A stretch of DNA of 64,000 nucleotides, taken from the NCBI GenBank assembly GCA_963769755.1, contig CAVYMY010000001.1:90243-154242 (forward strand), given 5' to 3'. The notes beneath the pieces were generated by a model. The model made no database searches and was not told the DNA's origin. It saw only the letters and a program-made list of their open reading frames with translations. Both the position numbers and the translations under genes were made by a program. Of the stretch, positions 39,544-49,380 are shown in pieces (position 1 is the stretch's first letter; every line of letters starts with the position of its first letter). The stretch is from an uncultured Actinomycetota bacterium (GTDB lineage Bacteria; Actinomycetota; Actinomycetes; Propionibacteriales; Nocardioidaceae).

Positions 39544-40071
39544 CTAGATCCGCTCAGCAGCCACGTCCCAGATCTCGTCGGCGGCGAGGTCTGGCGTCAG
39601 GTGAGTCGTGTTCAGGACGAGATCGGCGCGGGCCGCGAGCCAGGGTCTGGCGCCCGCATAGATGGGCAGGTGATCGATGCGCCAGGGCCTCGCGGCTGCT
39701 TCGACCTGGTCGGAGTCGATCCGACGCCTGATCACCGCATCGTCGGCCTCCAGGACAACATGCAGGACCCGGTGGCCGCGAGCCGTCAGCGCTGTCTCCA
39801 GCTCGTTCCAGTAGTCCTCCTCCAGGACGGTCTGGACGGCCACGAGACTCTGCCCCGTGAAGCGGATGAGCTCATCGGCCACCGCGGGTGTGAGCACCCG
39901 CCACGACTCGTAGTGTCGAAAGTCTGTGACCTCGTGATCGCCCAGGTTGTTGCGCAGCATGTAGCCGACCCACTCCGGGTCGAACAGGCGCAGCCGTGCA
40001 TCCTTCTCCACCAAGTGCTTTCCCGTGGTGGTCTTGCCGGCACCGAACGTCCCGTTGATCCAGATGATCAC
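39544..40071 (-). CDS. small P-loop kinase (TmrB / AAA_33-like)
   Basis: IIWINGTFGAGKTT, FDPE.VG..L; GTG start at 40071. Confidence 0.82.
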   Translation of the reverse strand: MIIWINGTFGAGKTTTGKHLVEKDARLRLFDPEWVGYMLRNNLGDHEVTDFRHYESWRVLTPAVADELIRFTGQSLVAVQTVLEEDYWNELETALTARGHRVLHVVLEADDAVIRRRIDSDQVEAAARPWRIDHLPIYAGARPWLAARADLVLNTTHLTPDLAADEIWDVAAERI

Positions 40072-40238
40072 GTCCCGACGATAGGCGCCGAGCCGCCTTG
40101 TGCCGTGGATCGCAGTCATCAGATAACTGGGATCCACGGCACTGTCGTCGTGGGTAGGCGCGGTTGCCTCGATCACGATTTCGGCACAGGTCGCCCCCGC
40201 GGTGGGATTCGCGAAGGGCGTTGCCTAAGGTCGGCCGG

Positions 40239-40982
40239 GTGACCAGCGACGGGGGAAGCAACGGGGGAGGCCGACGGCTCGTCGGCGAGGGTCTTTCCTT
40301 CGACGTCGACGGCCGCCGGGTGCTCGACGAGGTCTCCTTGTCGGCCGGGCCCGGCCGGATCCTCGCCGTCACCGGTTCGTCGGGCTCCGGCAAGACCACG
40401 CTGCTCTCGCTCGTCGGCGGGCTGGCCCGCCCGGCGACCGGCTCGGCGTCGTACGACGGCGGGCCGGTGACCACGAAGACTGGTGAGCCGCTGCCCGGCA
40501 CCGGGTTCGTGCTGCAGAGCTATGGCCTGGTGCCGACGCTGACGGCTGCAGAGAACGTCTCGATCGCCCTGCGTGGGCGCGGTGTCGCGCCGACCGAGGC
40601 GACCACGCGCTCGGTGGCCGCACTTGGCCGGGTCGGCGTGGAGGAGCTGGCCGACCGGCTGATCTCCGAGCTGTCCGGTGGCCAGCTCCAGCGGGTGGCG
40701 GTGGCGCGGGCGCTTGTCGTCGAGACCGACGTGCTGCTGGCGGACGAGCCCACCAGCGAGCTCGACGAGGCCAACCGCGACCTGGTGGTGGGCCAGCTCC
40801 GGATGGAGGCCAACCGCGGCGCGGTCGTGCTGCTGGCGACGCACGACCCTGCGGTCGCCGAGGAGTGCGACGACGAGATCCACCTCATCGACGGGCGCGT
40901 CGAGGTGCACGAGGAGCCGCCGCCTCCGCCGGAGCCCGGCCACGAGTTCGACGCGTTCATGCGTCCCGGCGGCAACGCATGA
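40239..40982 (+). CDS. ABC transporter ATP-binding protein (LolD/MacB-like) 1
   Basis: GSSGSGKTT, LSGGQLQR, ADEPTSELD, THD. Confidence 0.92.
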   Translation: MTSDGGSNGGGRRLVGEGLSFDVDGRRVLDEVSLSAGPGRILAVTGSSGSGKTTLLSLVGGLARPATGSASYDGGPVTTKTGEPLPGTGFVLQSYGLVPTLTAAENVSIALRGRGVAPTEATTRSVAALGRVGVEELADRLISELSGGQLQRVAVARALVVETDVLLADEPTSELDEANRDLVVGQLRMEANRGAVVLLATHDPAVAEECDDEIHLIDGRVEVHEEPPPPPEPGHEFDAFMRPGGNA

Positions 40983-41842
40983 ACGCTGCCCACGCCGGCC
41001 TGGCGGTGCAGTGCCAGAACGTGGTGCACATCTACACCACGCTCGCGGGCCACGACGTGGTCGCGCTGCGCGGCGTCAACCTCGACATCGCCCCCGGTGA
41101 GCAGGTCGCCCTCCTCGGGCCCTCGGGGTCGGGCAAGTCCACGCTGCTGGGGCTCTTCGGCGGCCTCCAGCGGGCGTCGGCCGGCAAGGTGATCGTCGAC
41201 GGCGTCGACATCAGCCGGATCCCGGAGTCGGAGCTCACCCGCCTGCGGGCCGGCAAGGTCGCCTCCCTCCTGCAGGGAGCCCGCCGCAACCTGCTGACGT
41301 ACGCCACCGCCGCGGGCAACGTCGACTTCGCGCGCCGCGGCATGTCTGCGGCCGACCTTCGCAGGCTGCCGGCCTCGCGGCAGCTGCTCGAGCAGCTGGG
41401 CCTCGGCCCTCTGGCCAACAAGCCGGTCACGGCCATGTCGGGCGGTGAGCAGCAGCGGGTGGCGCTGGCGGTGACCGTCTCGAGCGGCGCCGGCCTGCTG
41501 CTCGCCGACGAGCCCACGTCGCAGCTCGGGCACAGCGACCGCGACACGATGATCGACCTGATCCAGCGGGTCAACTCCGAGTTCGGCACCACCGTGGTCA
41601 TCGTCACCCACGACCCCGACATTGCGGGGCGGATCCCGCGCCGGGTCACCATCCGCAACGGGAGGATCGGCTCGGAGGGCGTCCACGGCCGTGACTACGC
41701 GGTCATCGACCAGGACGGCGCGGTGCACCTGCCGGAGGACTGGTCCGACGACTACCCACCCGGCTCCCTGGTGGAGTTCGAGGAGACGGAGGACGGCTTC
41801 TTCGTCCGTCGCGTCGACATTGCGCGAGGCACCGAGAAGTGA
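40979..41842 (+). CDS. ABC transporter ATP-binding protein (LolD/MacB-like) 2 with a C-terminal extension
   Basis: GPSGSGKST, MSGGEQQR, ADEPTSQL, VTHD; extra ~45-aa C-terminal domain. Confidence 0.92.
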   Translation: MNAAHAGLAVQCQNVVHIYTTLAGHDVVALRGVNLDIAPGEQVALLGPSGSGKSTLLGLFGGLQRASAGKVIVDGVDISRIPESELTRLRAGKVASLLQGARRNLLTYATAAGNVDFARRGMSAADLRRLPASRQLLEQLGLGPLANKPVTAMSGGEQQRVALAVTVSSGAGLLLADEPTSQLGHSDRDTMIDLIQRVNSEFGTTVVIVTHDPDIAGRIPRRVTIRNGRIGSEGVHGRDYAVIDQDGAVHLPEDWSDDYPPGSLVEFEETEDGFFVRRVDIARGTEK

Positions 41843-44800
41843 GCACGTTCTTCGCGGGACTCCGGGCTCGACGCTGGCTCAATGTCGGCGTCTTCGCGCT
41901 CGGCACGCTGGCGATGCTGGTCGCGGTCGCCACTCCGCTCTATGCCCGGTCGTCCGCCGAGCACCTGCTGGACCAGCGCACGGCACAGCGGCCGGTCACC
42001 GAGACGGGGCTGAACGTCGAGGCCGCAGCGCTCACAGAAGGTCACCCACTCCGCCCGCTCGACGACAGCCAACGCCAACAGATGCTCGACACGGCATCAG
42101 ACCAGGTGAACTCCGACGATGCCTCGGCGTTCTGGCAGCCGGCGACGACGTACTTGGAAAGCGGAGGGGAGTTCCGCCTCGGTGGGCGGTCATACCTGAT
42201 CAACACCTACTGGCGCGAAGCCATGTGCGACGAGGCCGACATCGTCGGCCGCTGCCCGGCGGCGCCCGATGAGGCGTTGATCGACCCGGTCATGATGCGG
42301 ACGCTCGATGCCCAGGTCGGCGACACGGTCACCGTGTACTTCCCCATCACGGTGACCACCCAGCAAGGCACTCACGTGCGCGACAACGCCACCGACTTCA
42401 CGATCGTCGGCACCTACACCATCGCCGACAACGCCGACACGTTCTGGTTCAACCCCGGCCGCACCGGCGGCGACGCCACCCTGCGCCCCCCGTCGCTGGG
42501 CTCCAACCAGCCGCCGGTGGCCCCGGCGCTGCTGGTCGACCAGTCCGGGATCACCGTGGCCCGGGCGTCCAAGGCCGGCGCCGACCGGCCGATCGACCTC
42601 GACAAGGTCGACATCGCCACCATGGACGACGCCCAGCTCGCGCTCAGCCGGTGGCAGGCGCAGATCGCCGGCCAGGGGCCGCCGGTGATCCAGAGCGACG
42701 ACCTGACCACCCTGGACAACGTCTTCACGGCGGTGACCGCGGAGCAGACGTTGCTGTCCCGGGTGACGCTGGCCGCCGTCGTGCCGCTGGTGGTGCTGGC
42801 ACTGCTGCTGCTCTACGTCCTGATCGCGGCCGCGGCGGAGGTACGCCGCAACGAGGTGGCTCTCGCCAAGCTCCGCGGCTTCTCGACGGCCAAGGTGGTC
42901 CGGTTCGCCGTCGCCGAGCCCGCAACCGTGCTCGTTGCCGCCGTCCCCGTCGGCATCGCCCTGGCCGTCGTCGCCTCGCGAGTCATCGGCAACGTCTGGC
43001 TGGGCAGCACCCCCTTCGTCGTCACTCCGCAGGCCGTCGCCTCGGCGGTCGTCGTGGCGGGCGCCGCCCTCGCCGCGGCGTTCGTCGCCGTCCTCGGGGT
43101 CGTCAGGGAACCGCTGTCGAGCTCGCTCTCCTCCGCGACCCGGCGGCGTACGACGACTCGTTGGTCGCTGCTCGCGCAGGGCGGCCTCGTCATGCTCTCG
43201 GCGGCGGCCGTCGTCCAGATCGTCACGTCCGACGCCTCTTCGTCGTCGAGCTTCGTGGAGCTCCTGGCGCCACTCTTCGTCGCGCTGGGCGTCTCCGTGC
43301 TCGCGATGGCCGGGTTGGTGGTGCTGGCCCGGGTGTGGATGGCGCGCACCGCAGACCGAGGCACTCTCTCCCCGTTCCTGGCCTCGCGCCGGCTGGTGCG
43401 TCGCCAGGACCTGATGCAGCTCGTGCTGCCCTTGCTGCTGGCCACGGCGATGGCTACGTTCGCGGCCTCCGCCTGGAAGGTCGCCGACGACTGGCGGGTC
43501 TCGAAGGCCGGAGCGACGGTGGGCGCCGACCGGGCCTACTTCACCGATGTCGCGCCGGCGCGGCTGCTGTGGGTAGCCCGGCAGGCCGACCCCGAGGGGC
43601 GCTATCTCGCCGCCGCGGTGCCGCCTGCCGTACGGACCGAGGACGGCGCCCGGGTGGCCCTGGTCGACAGCCGCAGCTTCGCCAACGTGGTCGCCTGGGA
43701 CGACTCGTGGTCGTCGCAGTCGGTGGAGGAGGTCGCCGACCAGCTCCGCCCCGAGGACGCCGGCGATCCGATCACCTTCACCGGGACGCGCCTGAAGTTC
43801 AGCCTGACCGACATCGACCTCGAGGGCAGCCTCAACCTGCCGCTCGAGCTGTGGGTCCGCTACATCACCGCCGACAACGGCGACGAGAAGCTGGCGCCGA
43901 TCGGGACGCTGCCGTTGAAGGGCTCGGCGGAGCTCGACGGCTTTGTCTCCGAGTGCCAGTCCGGCTGCGCCCTGGAGCAGGTCTTCGTCGGGGGCAGCAG
44001 CTCATCGGTGACCGACGCGACCGGCACGTTCACGATCGCCGAGGTCACCTCCGACGGCGACGCGGGCGACTGGCGCCTGGACGACTCGTCGGCCTGGCGG
44101 GCCGCGCGTCCGTTCGGCGCCGACGGCCGACCACCGCTCCAGCTCAGTGCGGGGGCCGGCGGACTGACCGTGATCGTCGACCAGAACGGCGCGTCCGTGC
44201 TGCGGTTGACCACCACCGACAAGCCCGAGGCGCCGCCGCTGGTCGTCACCTCCGGGACCGAGCTCGACGACCTCGGCGGGGGAACCGTCAACGGCGCGTC
44301 GGTGATCGGGACCCGGACGCCGATGACCGTCACCGAGACGACCGGGGCGTTGCCCATCGTCGGCGACAACGGCGGTCTCTCCGACCTCTCGACCGCGTTG
44401 CGGGAGTACGGCGACCAGGCGACCAACATCTCGCTCACCGAGCTCCTGGTCGCACAGGGGACACCCGCGTCGGTGCTCGATCAGGTGCGGAAGGCGGGGG
44501 TCGGGCTCGGCGACGTGCGGACGTACGACGAGGAGCTCTCGCTGCTGCGCTCCGACGCGTTCTCACTGGGGTGGAAGGTGTTCCTGCTCGTCGGCGTGCT
44601 GACCCTGTTGCTGGCGTTCCTCGGCGTCCTCGCGCTCGCGATCGTGCAGCTGCGCTGGCGGGCCTACGAGGTGGCCGCGCTGCGCGTGGTCGGCGTACGC
44701 CGCAAGGACCTCCGGCGCGCGATCGTCGTCGAGTACGTCGCCCTCCTCGGCATGGCGGTGGTCGGCGGCACGCTGGCCGCCCTGGCGTCGATGCTCCTCG

Positions 44801-44991
44801 TGCTGCCGTCCCTCGACATCGGCGAGAGAGCCACCTTCGATCCGGCGGTCGACTACGGCCTGCGCTGGCTGGTGATGGCCGGCGTGCTCGGCGTCGTCCT
44901 GGTCGTCGTGCTCACGATCGCCGTCTGGATCGCCAACCGCACCGTCAAGATGGGGACTCCCGCGACCCTGCGCCAAGCCGACGTGCGCTGA
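41839..44991 (+). CDS. large FtsX-like ABC permease A (1050 aa)
   Basis: Two FtsX-type TM blocks (RRNEVALAKLRG; RAYEVAALRVVG), each preceded by a large extracytoplasmic domain. Confidence 0.88.
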   Translation: MSTFFAGLRARRWLNVGVFALGTLAMLVAVATPLYARSSAEHLLDQRTAQRPVTETGLNVEAAALTEGHPLRPLDDSQRQQMLDTASDQVNSDDASAFWQPATTYLESGGEFRLGGRSYLINTYWREAMCDEADIVGRCPAAPDEALIDPVMMRTLDAQVGDTVTVYFPITVTTQQGTHVRDNATDFTIVGTYTIADNADTFWFNPGRTGGDATLRPPSLGSNQPPVAPALLVDQSGITVARASKAGADRPIDLDKVDIATMDDAQLALSRWQAQIAGQGPPVIQSDDLTTLDNVFTAVTAEQTLLSRVTLAAVVPLVVLALLLLYVLIAAAAEVRRNEVALAKLRGFSTAKVVRFAVAEPATVLVAAVPVGIALAVVASRVIGNVWLGSTPFVVTPQAVASAVVVAGAALAAAFVAVLGVVREPLSSSLSSATRRRTTTRWSLLAQGGLVMLSAAAVVQIVTSDASSSSSFVELLAPLFVALGVSVLAMAGLVVLARVWMARTADRGTLSPFLASRRLVRRQDLMQLVLPLLLATAMATFAASAWKVADDWRVSKAGATVGADRAYFTDVAPARLLWVARQADPEGRYLAAAVPPAVRTEDGARVALVDSRSFANVVAWDDSWSSQSVEEVADQLRPEDAGDPITFTGTRLKFSLTDIDLEGSLNLPLELWVRYITADNGDEKLAPIGTLPLKGSAELDGFVSECQSGCALEQVFVGGSSSSVTDATGTFTIAEVTSDGDAGDWRLDDSSAWRAARPFGADGRPPLQLSAGAGGLTVIVDQNGASVLRLTTTDKPEAPPLVVTSGTELDDLGGGTVNGASVIGTRTPMTVTETTGALPIVGDNGGLSDLSTALREYGDQATNISLTELLVAQGTPASVLDQVRKAGVGLGDVRTYDEELSLLRSDAFSLGWKVFLLVGVLTLLLAFLGVLALAIVQLRWRAYEVAALRVVGVRRKDLRRAIVVEYVALLGMAVVGGTLAALASMLLVLPSLDIGERATFDPAVDYGLRWLVMAGVLGVVLVVVLTIAVWIANRTVKMGTPATLRQADVR

Positions 44992-44994
44992 CGC

Positions 44995-47900
44995 GTGGTG
45001 AGCACCTTCCTGGCAGGACTCCGCTCGCGGCGCTGGCTGAATGCCGGGGTGCTCCTCCTGGGAGTGCTCGCGATGCTCGTGGCGGTGGCGGCGCCGCTCT
45101 ACGCGAGAGGCTCCGCCGAGCACCTGCTCGACCAGCGCACCCTCGAGGCCGAGAACCCGACGACGGGCCTCAACGTCGAGTCGGACCCGTCGGGTGTGGG
45201 CACCTCGGACGGCGAGGCGCCGAAGCCCCTCACCGGCTCCGAGCGGCTCGCCATGCTCGACCGGGTGACCCGGCTGATGGAGTCGCCGGCCGCAGGATCC
45301 TTCTGGAAACCCACGACCCGCTACCTCCTCAGCGACGGGCGCTACCCGGTCGGGCTGGTCTCGCACCCGATGCACGCCTACTGGCGCGAGGGCATGTGCG
45401 ACGAGGTGCGCATCGAGGGCCGCTGTCCGTCGGCGCCGGACGAGGCCCTCATCGACCCGCTCATGATGCAGACGATCGGCGAGGAGATCGGCGGCACCGT
45501 GACGATCACGTTCGACGCCACCGTCGCGGACCCCGACGGCGGCCAGTCGCTCGAGGCGTTCCCGGTGACGTACAAGATCGTCGGCACCTACACGGTGGAC
45601 GACGAAGCGGACCCGATCTGGTTCGATCCGTCGCGCACGCAGGGTGACGGCACCCTGCGACCCCCCTCCGGGAGGGCGCCGCCTTCACCGGCGCCGGCGC
45701 TGCTCGTGGACCGGTCCGGCATCACGTTCGCCGGCTCGTCGGTGGCCGGCGCCGACCGTCCGATCGACATGCAGAAGGTCGACATCGCCACCATGGGCGC
45801 CGCGCGCGAACAGCTCGTGCAATGGCAGTCCGAGGTCGCCGGCGAAGAGCTGCCGATCCTCCAGAACGACGTGGTCGCCTCGCTCGACGGGCTCTTCGAC
45901 GATGTCCGGGCCGAGCAGACCCTGCTTTCCCGGGTGACGCTCGCGGCGATCGTGCCCCTGGTGGTGCTCTCCCTGTTGCTGCTCTACGTGCTGATCGCCG
46001 CCGCAGCGGAGGTACGACGGCAGGAAGTCGCCCTGGCGAAGCTGCGCGGGTTCTCGACCAGTCGGGTGATCCGCTTCGCGGTCGCCGAGCCGGTCGCGGT
46101 CCTGCTGGTCGCCGTACCTCTCGGTGCTGCGCTCGCGGTGTTGGTCGCGCGCACGGTCACGGGGGTGTGGCTTGGCCAGACCCCGTTCGTGATCACGCCG
46201 CAGGCGGTGACCGCCGGTGTGGTCGTCAGCGTGGCGGCGCTGTCGGCCGCCTTGATCGCGGTGCTCGGTGTGGTGAGGGAGCCGCTCGCCGAGTCGTTGG
46301 CGTCGTCGACGCGGCGCAGGAGCGTCTCGCGTTGGGCTGTGCTCGCACAGGGAGCGATGGTGATGCTGATGGTGGCGGCGGTCGCGCAGATCGTGACGTC
46401 CGACGCCAACCGTTCCTCCAGCCTCGTCGAGCTCCTGGCGCCGCTGTTCGTCGCGCTCGGCACGGCGGTGTTGGCAATGCTCTGCATCGGCCGCCTCGCC
46501 CGCCTCTGGATGAGCCGGACCCGAGACCGGGGCGGGTTGTCGCCGTTCCTGGCCGCCCGCCGACTGGGCCGCCGCCAGGACCTCGGCCAGCTCGTCCTCC
46601 CTCTCCTTCTCGCGACGGCGATGGCCACCTTCGCGGCCTCGGCCTGGAAGGTCGCCGACGACTGGCGGGTCTCCCGGGCCGCCGCGACGGTTGGCGCCGA
46701 CACGGTCTACCGGACCGAAACCTCACCCGCGCGCCTGCTGTGGGTGACCCGCCAGGCCGACCCCGACGGCCGCTTTCTGATGGCCGCGGTGCCGCCCATC
46801 GCGCGGGGCGCCGACGGAGGCCGCGTCGCGCTGGTCGACGCGACCCGCTTCGCGCGCGTCGCCGCGTGGGACGACTCGTGGGGAGCCGGCGGTCCGGCCG
46901 GCGTACAGGCCGCCCTCCTGGGTGAGGGGAGACCCGACCCGGTGCGCTTCTCCGGCGACAGCCTGACCGCCGACCTCACGGACATCGACCTGCGTGGCGG
47001 GCTGAACATGCCAGCCGAGCTGTGGGTGCGCTACACCTCCGACCGGATCGGTGAGCAGCGGCTCGCCCGCCTCGGCCAGCTGCCGACGAAAGGTGACGTC
47101 ACGTTGACGGGCAGCCTCGCGGAGTGTGACCAGGGCTGCTCGCTGGAGCAGGTGTTCGTCAGCGGGAGCAGCGCCTCGGTGACCGATGTCAAGGGCACCG
47201 TGACCATCGCGCGGATGGCCGCCAACGGCGAGCCCGGCGAATGGCGACTCGACGACGCCTCCGCCTGGCGGCCGGCGCGGCCCTACGGCGCGGAAGGCGG
47301 CGCCCCGGTCAGCCTGGACAGCGACTCCGGGCTCCGGCTGACCATCGACGCGAGCTCGCCGGCGGTCGTGCGGATCACCACCAGCGACGTGACCGCGGAG
47401 CCGGCGATGGTGGCCACGGATGAGACCAAGTTGGCGCGGGACGGCGACACCGTCCTCGGCGCATCGATCATCGGCACCCGCACGCCGATGCACCTGGATG
47501 GCCGGACCGTCGCCCTGCCGCTGGTCGGCAACGAGGGCGGGGTCAGCGACCTCGAGACGGCGCTTCGGGAGTACGGCGACCTGGCCGGCGCCGTCACGCC
47601 GACCTACCTGCTGGTCGCAGAGGGCACTCCCGCCTCGGTGCTCGACGAGGTGCGCGGCCTGGGTGTCGACCTGAGTCAGAGCAGCAGTGAGGCCGACGAG
47701 CTGGAGGCGCTGAGGTCTGATGCGTTCTCGCTCGGTTGGCGGGTCTTCCTGCTCGTCGGCGTGCTGACGCTGTTGCTGGCCTTCGTCGGAGTCGTCGCGC
47801 TGGCGGTCGTCCAGATGCGCTGGCGGGCCTACGAGGTGGCGGCGCTGCGCGTGGTCGGCGTACGACGCAAGGACCTGCGGCGCGCGATCCTGACGGAGTA

Positions 47901-48156
47901 CGTGGCGTTGCTCGGCCTCGCGGTCCTCGGTGGTGCACTGGCGGCGCTGACGTCGCTCGTCCTGGTGCTGCCCTCGCTCGACATCGGCGCGCCCGACGTC
48001 TTCGACCCGGCAGTCGACTACGGCCTGCGGTGGCCGGTGATCGGAGCAGTGCTGGTGGTCGTGCTGGTGGTCGTGCTCGCCATCGCCCACTGGATCGCCG
48101 GCCGCACGGTCAAGCTGGGCACTCCGGCGACCCTGCGCCAGGCTGACGTCCGCTGA
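44995..48156 (+). CDS. large FtsX-like ABC permease B (1053 aa), paralogue of permease A
   Basis: Collinear with permease A over its full length, with many identical blocks. Confidence 0.88.
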   Translation: MVSTFLAGLRSRRWLNAGVLLLGVLAMLVAVAAPLYARGSAEHLLDQRTLEAENPTTGLNVESDPSGVGTSDGEAPKPLTGSERLAMLDRVTRLMESPAAGSFWKPTTRYLLSDGRYPVGLVSHPMHAYWREGMCDEVRIEGRCPSAPDEALIDPLMMQTIGEEIGGTVTITFDATVADPDGGQSLEAFPVTYKIVGTYTVDDEADPIWFDPSRTQGDGTLRPPSGRAPPSPAPALLVDRSGITFAGSSVAGADRPIDMQKVDIATMGAAREQLVQWQSEVAGEELPILQNDVVASLDGLFDDVRAEQTLLSRVTLAAIVPLVVLSLLLLYVLIAAAAEVRRQEVALAKLRGFSTSRVIRFAVAEPVAVLLVAVPLGAALAVLVARTVTGVWLGQTPFVITPQAVTAGVVVSVAALSAALIAVLGVVREPLAESLASSTRRRSVSRWAVLAQGAMVMLMVAAVAQIVTSDANRSSSLVELLAPLFVALGTAVLAMLCIGRLARLWMSRTRDRGGLSPFLAARRLGRRQDLGQLVLPLLLATAMATFAASAWKVADDWRVSRAAATVGADTVYRTETSPARLLWVTRQADPDGRFLMAAVPPIARGADGGRVALVDATRFARVAAWDDSWGAGGPAGVQAALLGEGRPDPVRFSGDSLTADLTDIDLRGGLNMPAELWVRYTSDRIGEQRLARLGQLPTKGDVTLTGSLAECDQGCSLEQVFVSGSSASVTDVKGTVTIARMAANGEPGEWRLDDASAWRPARPYGAEGGAPVSLDSDSGLRLTIDASSPAVVRITTSDVTAEPAMVATDETKLARDGDTVLGASIIGTRTPMHLDGRTVALPLVGNEGGVSDLETALREYGDLAGAVTPTYLLVAEGTPASVLDEVRGLGVDLSQSSSEADELEALRSDAFSLGWRVFLLVGVLTLLLAFVGVVALAVVQMRWRAYEVAALRVVGVRRKDLRRAILTEYVALLGLAVLGGALAALTSLVLVLPSLDIGAPDVFDPAVDYGLRWPVIGAVLVVVLVVVLAIAHWIAGRTVKLGTPATLRQADVR

Positions 48157-48186
48157 CGTCGCCTGCACGCCGGTGATACTGGACCC

Positions 48187-48687
48187 ATGTCGCCCGCCCG
48201 CTCGCTGCCGTTCGACCCCATCGACGAGGCGGCCCGGCAGTGGGGGCTGCGCTGGGACCGGGTGCCGGCCATGCACGCCGTGACCTCGCTGATGCGCGTG
48301 CAGCAGCTCGTCATCGGCCGGCTCGACGGCATCCTCAGACCGCACGGCCTGACCTTCGCCCGCTACGAGGCGCTGGTGCTGCTGACGTTCTCGTCCCGCG
48401 GCTCGCTGCCCCTGGGCAAGATGGGGGAGCGTCTTCAGGTGCATCCGACGTCGGTGACCTCGATCGTGCGGCGGCTCTCCGACGACGGGCTCGTGGTGCG
48501 CACGCCGCACCCCGACGACGGGCGCGGCGTACTGGCCGAGATCACCGACGCGGGCCGGGCCGTCGTCGAAGCGGCGACCCGGGACCTGGTGGCGTCCGAC
48601 TTCGCCCTCGAGGCGCTCACCGAGGCCCAGCTGACCGAGCTGTCGGCGCTGCTGGTGCCGGTGCGGCACGCGGCGGGCGACTTCTAG
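48187..48687 (+). CDS. MarR family transcriptional regulator
   Basis: LTFARYEAL, LQVHPTSVT...L...GLV.R.PHP.DGR winged HTH. Confidence 0.9.
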   Translation: MSPARSLPFDPIDEAARQWGLRWDRVPAMHAVTSLMRVQQLVIGRLDGILRPHGLTFARYEALVLLTFSSRGSLPLGKMGERLQVHPTSVTSIVRRLSDDGLVVRTPHPDDGRGVLAEITDAGRAVVEAATRDLVASDFALEALTEAQLTELSALLVPVRHAAGDF

Positions 48688-48697
48688 GGCCGATGCC

Positions 48698-49243
48698 GTG
48701 ACGACCGCCGACGCCGTCCGCCGGGTCGGGCTCGCCCTGCCCCGCACCTACGAACGCCAGGTGCGCGGACGCTGGAAGCTCCGGGTGGGCCAGATCGTGT
48801 ACGCCGCGTTCTCCCGCGACGAGCTCGACATGGGGTTCGGCTTCCCCAAGGCCGAGCGGGACGGACTGATCGCGAGCGCCCCCGAGACCTTCTACCTGCC
48901 GCCGACCTCAGACCTGCGCTACCAGTGGGTGTGCGTGCACCTCGATCGGATCGACGACGAGGAGATGCGCGAGCTGGTGACCGACGCCTGGCGGATGTGC
49001 ACGCCCAAGATGCTGCACGACCTGCCGGAGATGCCGGCGCCGGCCATGGCGGCGTACGGCTTCCTGGACGCGGCGGAGTACGGCGAGCTCCGGCCGCTGC
49101 TGCACCCCTACCTGCACTTCACCGACGGTCGGATCACCGTGCGGGGCCGGACCAAGGTGCTCGATCACCTGCGTGAGCACGGCGCGCGCCCGCCCACGTC
49201 CGTCGAGATCCGGGACGGCCAGATCTACCGCTGGACTCGGTGA
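48698..49243 (+). CDS. MmcQ/YjbR family protein with an extra C-terminal domain
   Basis: ALPRTYE, VGQIVY, WVCVHL, ELVTDAW MmcQ/YjbR pattern in the first ~105 aa. Confidence 0.75.
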   Translation: MTTADAVRRVGLALPRTYERQVRGRWKLRVGQIVYAAFSRDELDMGFGFPKAERDGLIASAPETFYLPPTSDLRYQWVCVHLDRIDDEEMRELVTDAWRMCTPKMLHDLPEMPAPAMAAYGFLDAAEYGELRPLLHPYLHFTDGRITVRGRTKVLDHLREHGARPPTSVEIRDGQIYRWTR

Positions 49244-49270
49244 CCGAGCGGCGTACTTGTCGACCCTTTC

Positions 49271-49334
49271 CTGAACTTGGGAGCCACTCCTAGGTGCGAC
49301 AAGTTCAGATTTCTCCGGTCAACCGGAGAAATCT
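49271..49334. repeat. two adjacent hairpins (9-bp and 13-bp perfect stems)
   Basis: CTGAACTTG...CAAGTTCAG (49271-49308) and AGATTTCTCCGGT-CA-ACCGGAGAAATCT (49307-49334). Confidence 0.8.
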
Positions 49335-49355
49335 CGCCGCCCGGTTCGCCACATT

Positions 49356-49373
49356 TAGTAGGACGTCCTACTA
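49356..49373. promoter_or_regulatory. perfect 18-bp palindrome, putative operator
   Basis: TAGTAGGACGTCCTACTA, 7 bp upstream of the mutase ATG; no RBS is visible, suggesting a leaderless transcript. Confidence 0.65.
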
Positions 49374-49380
49374 TTTCACC

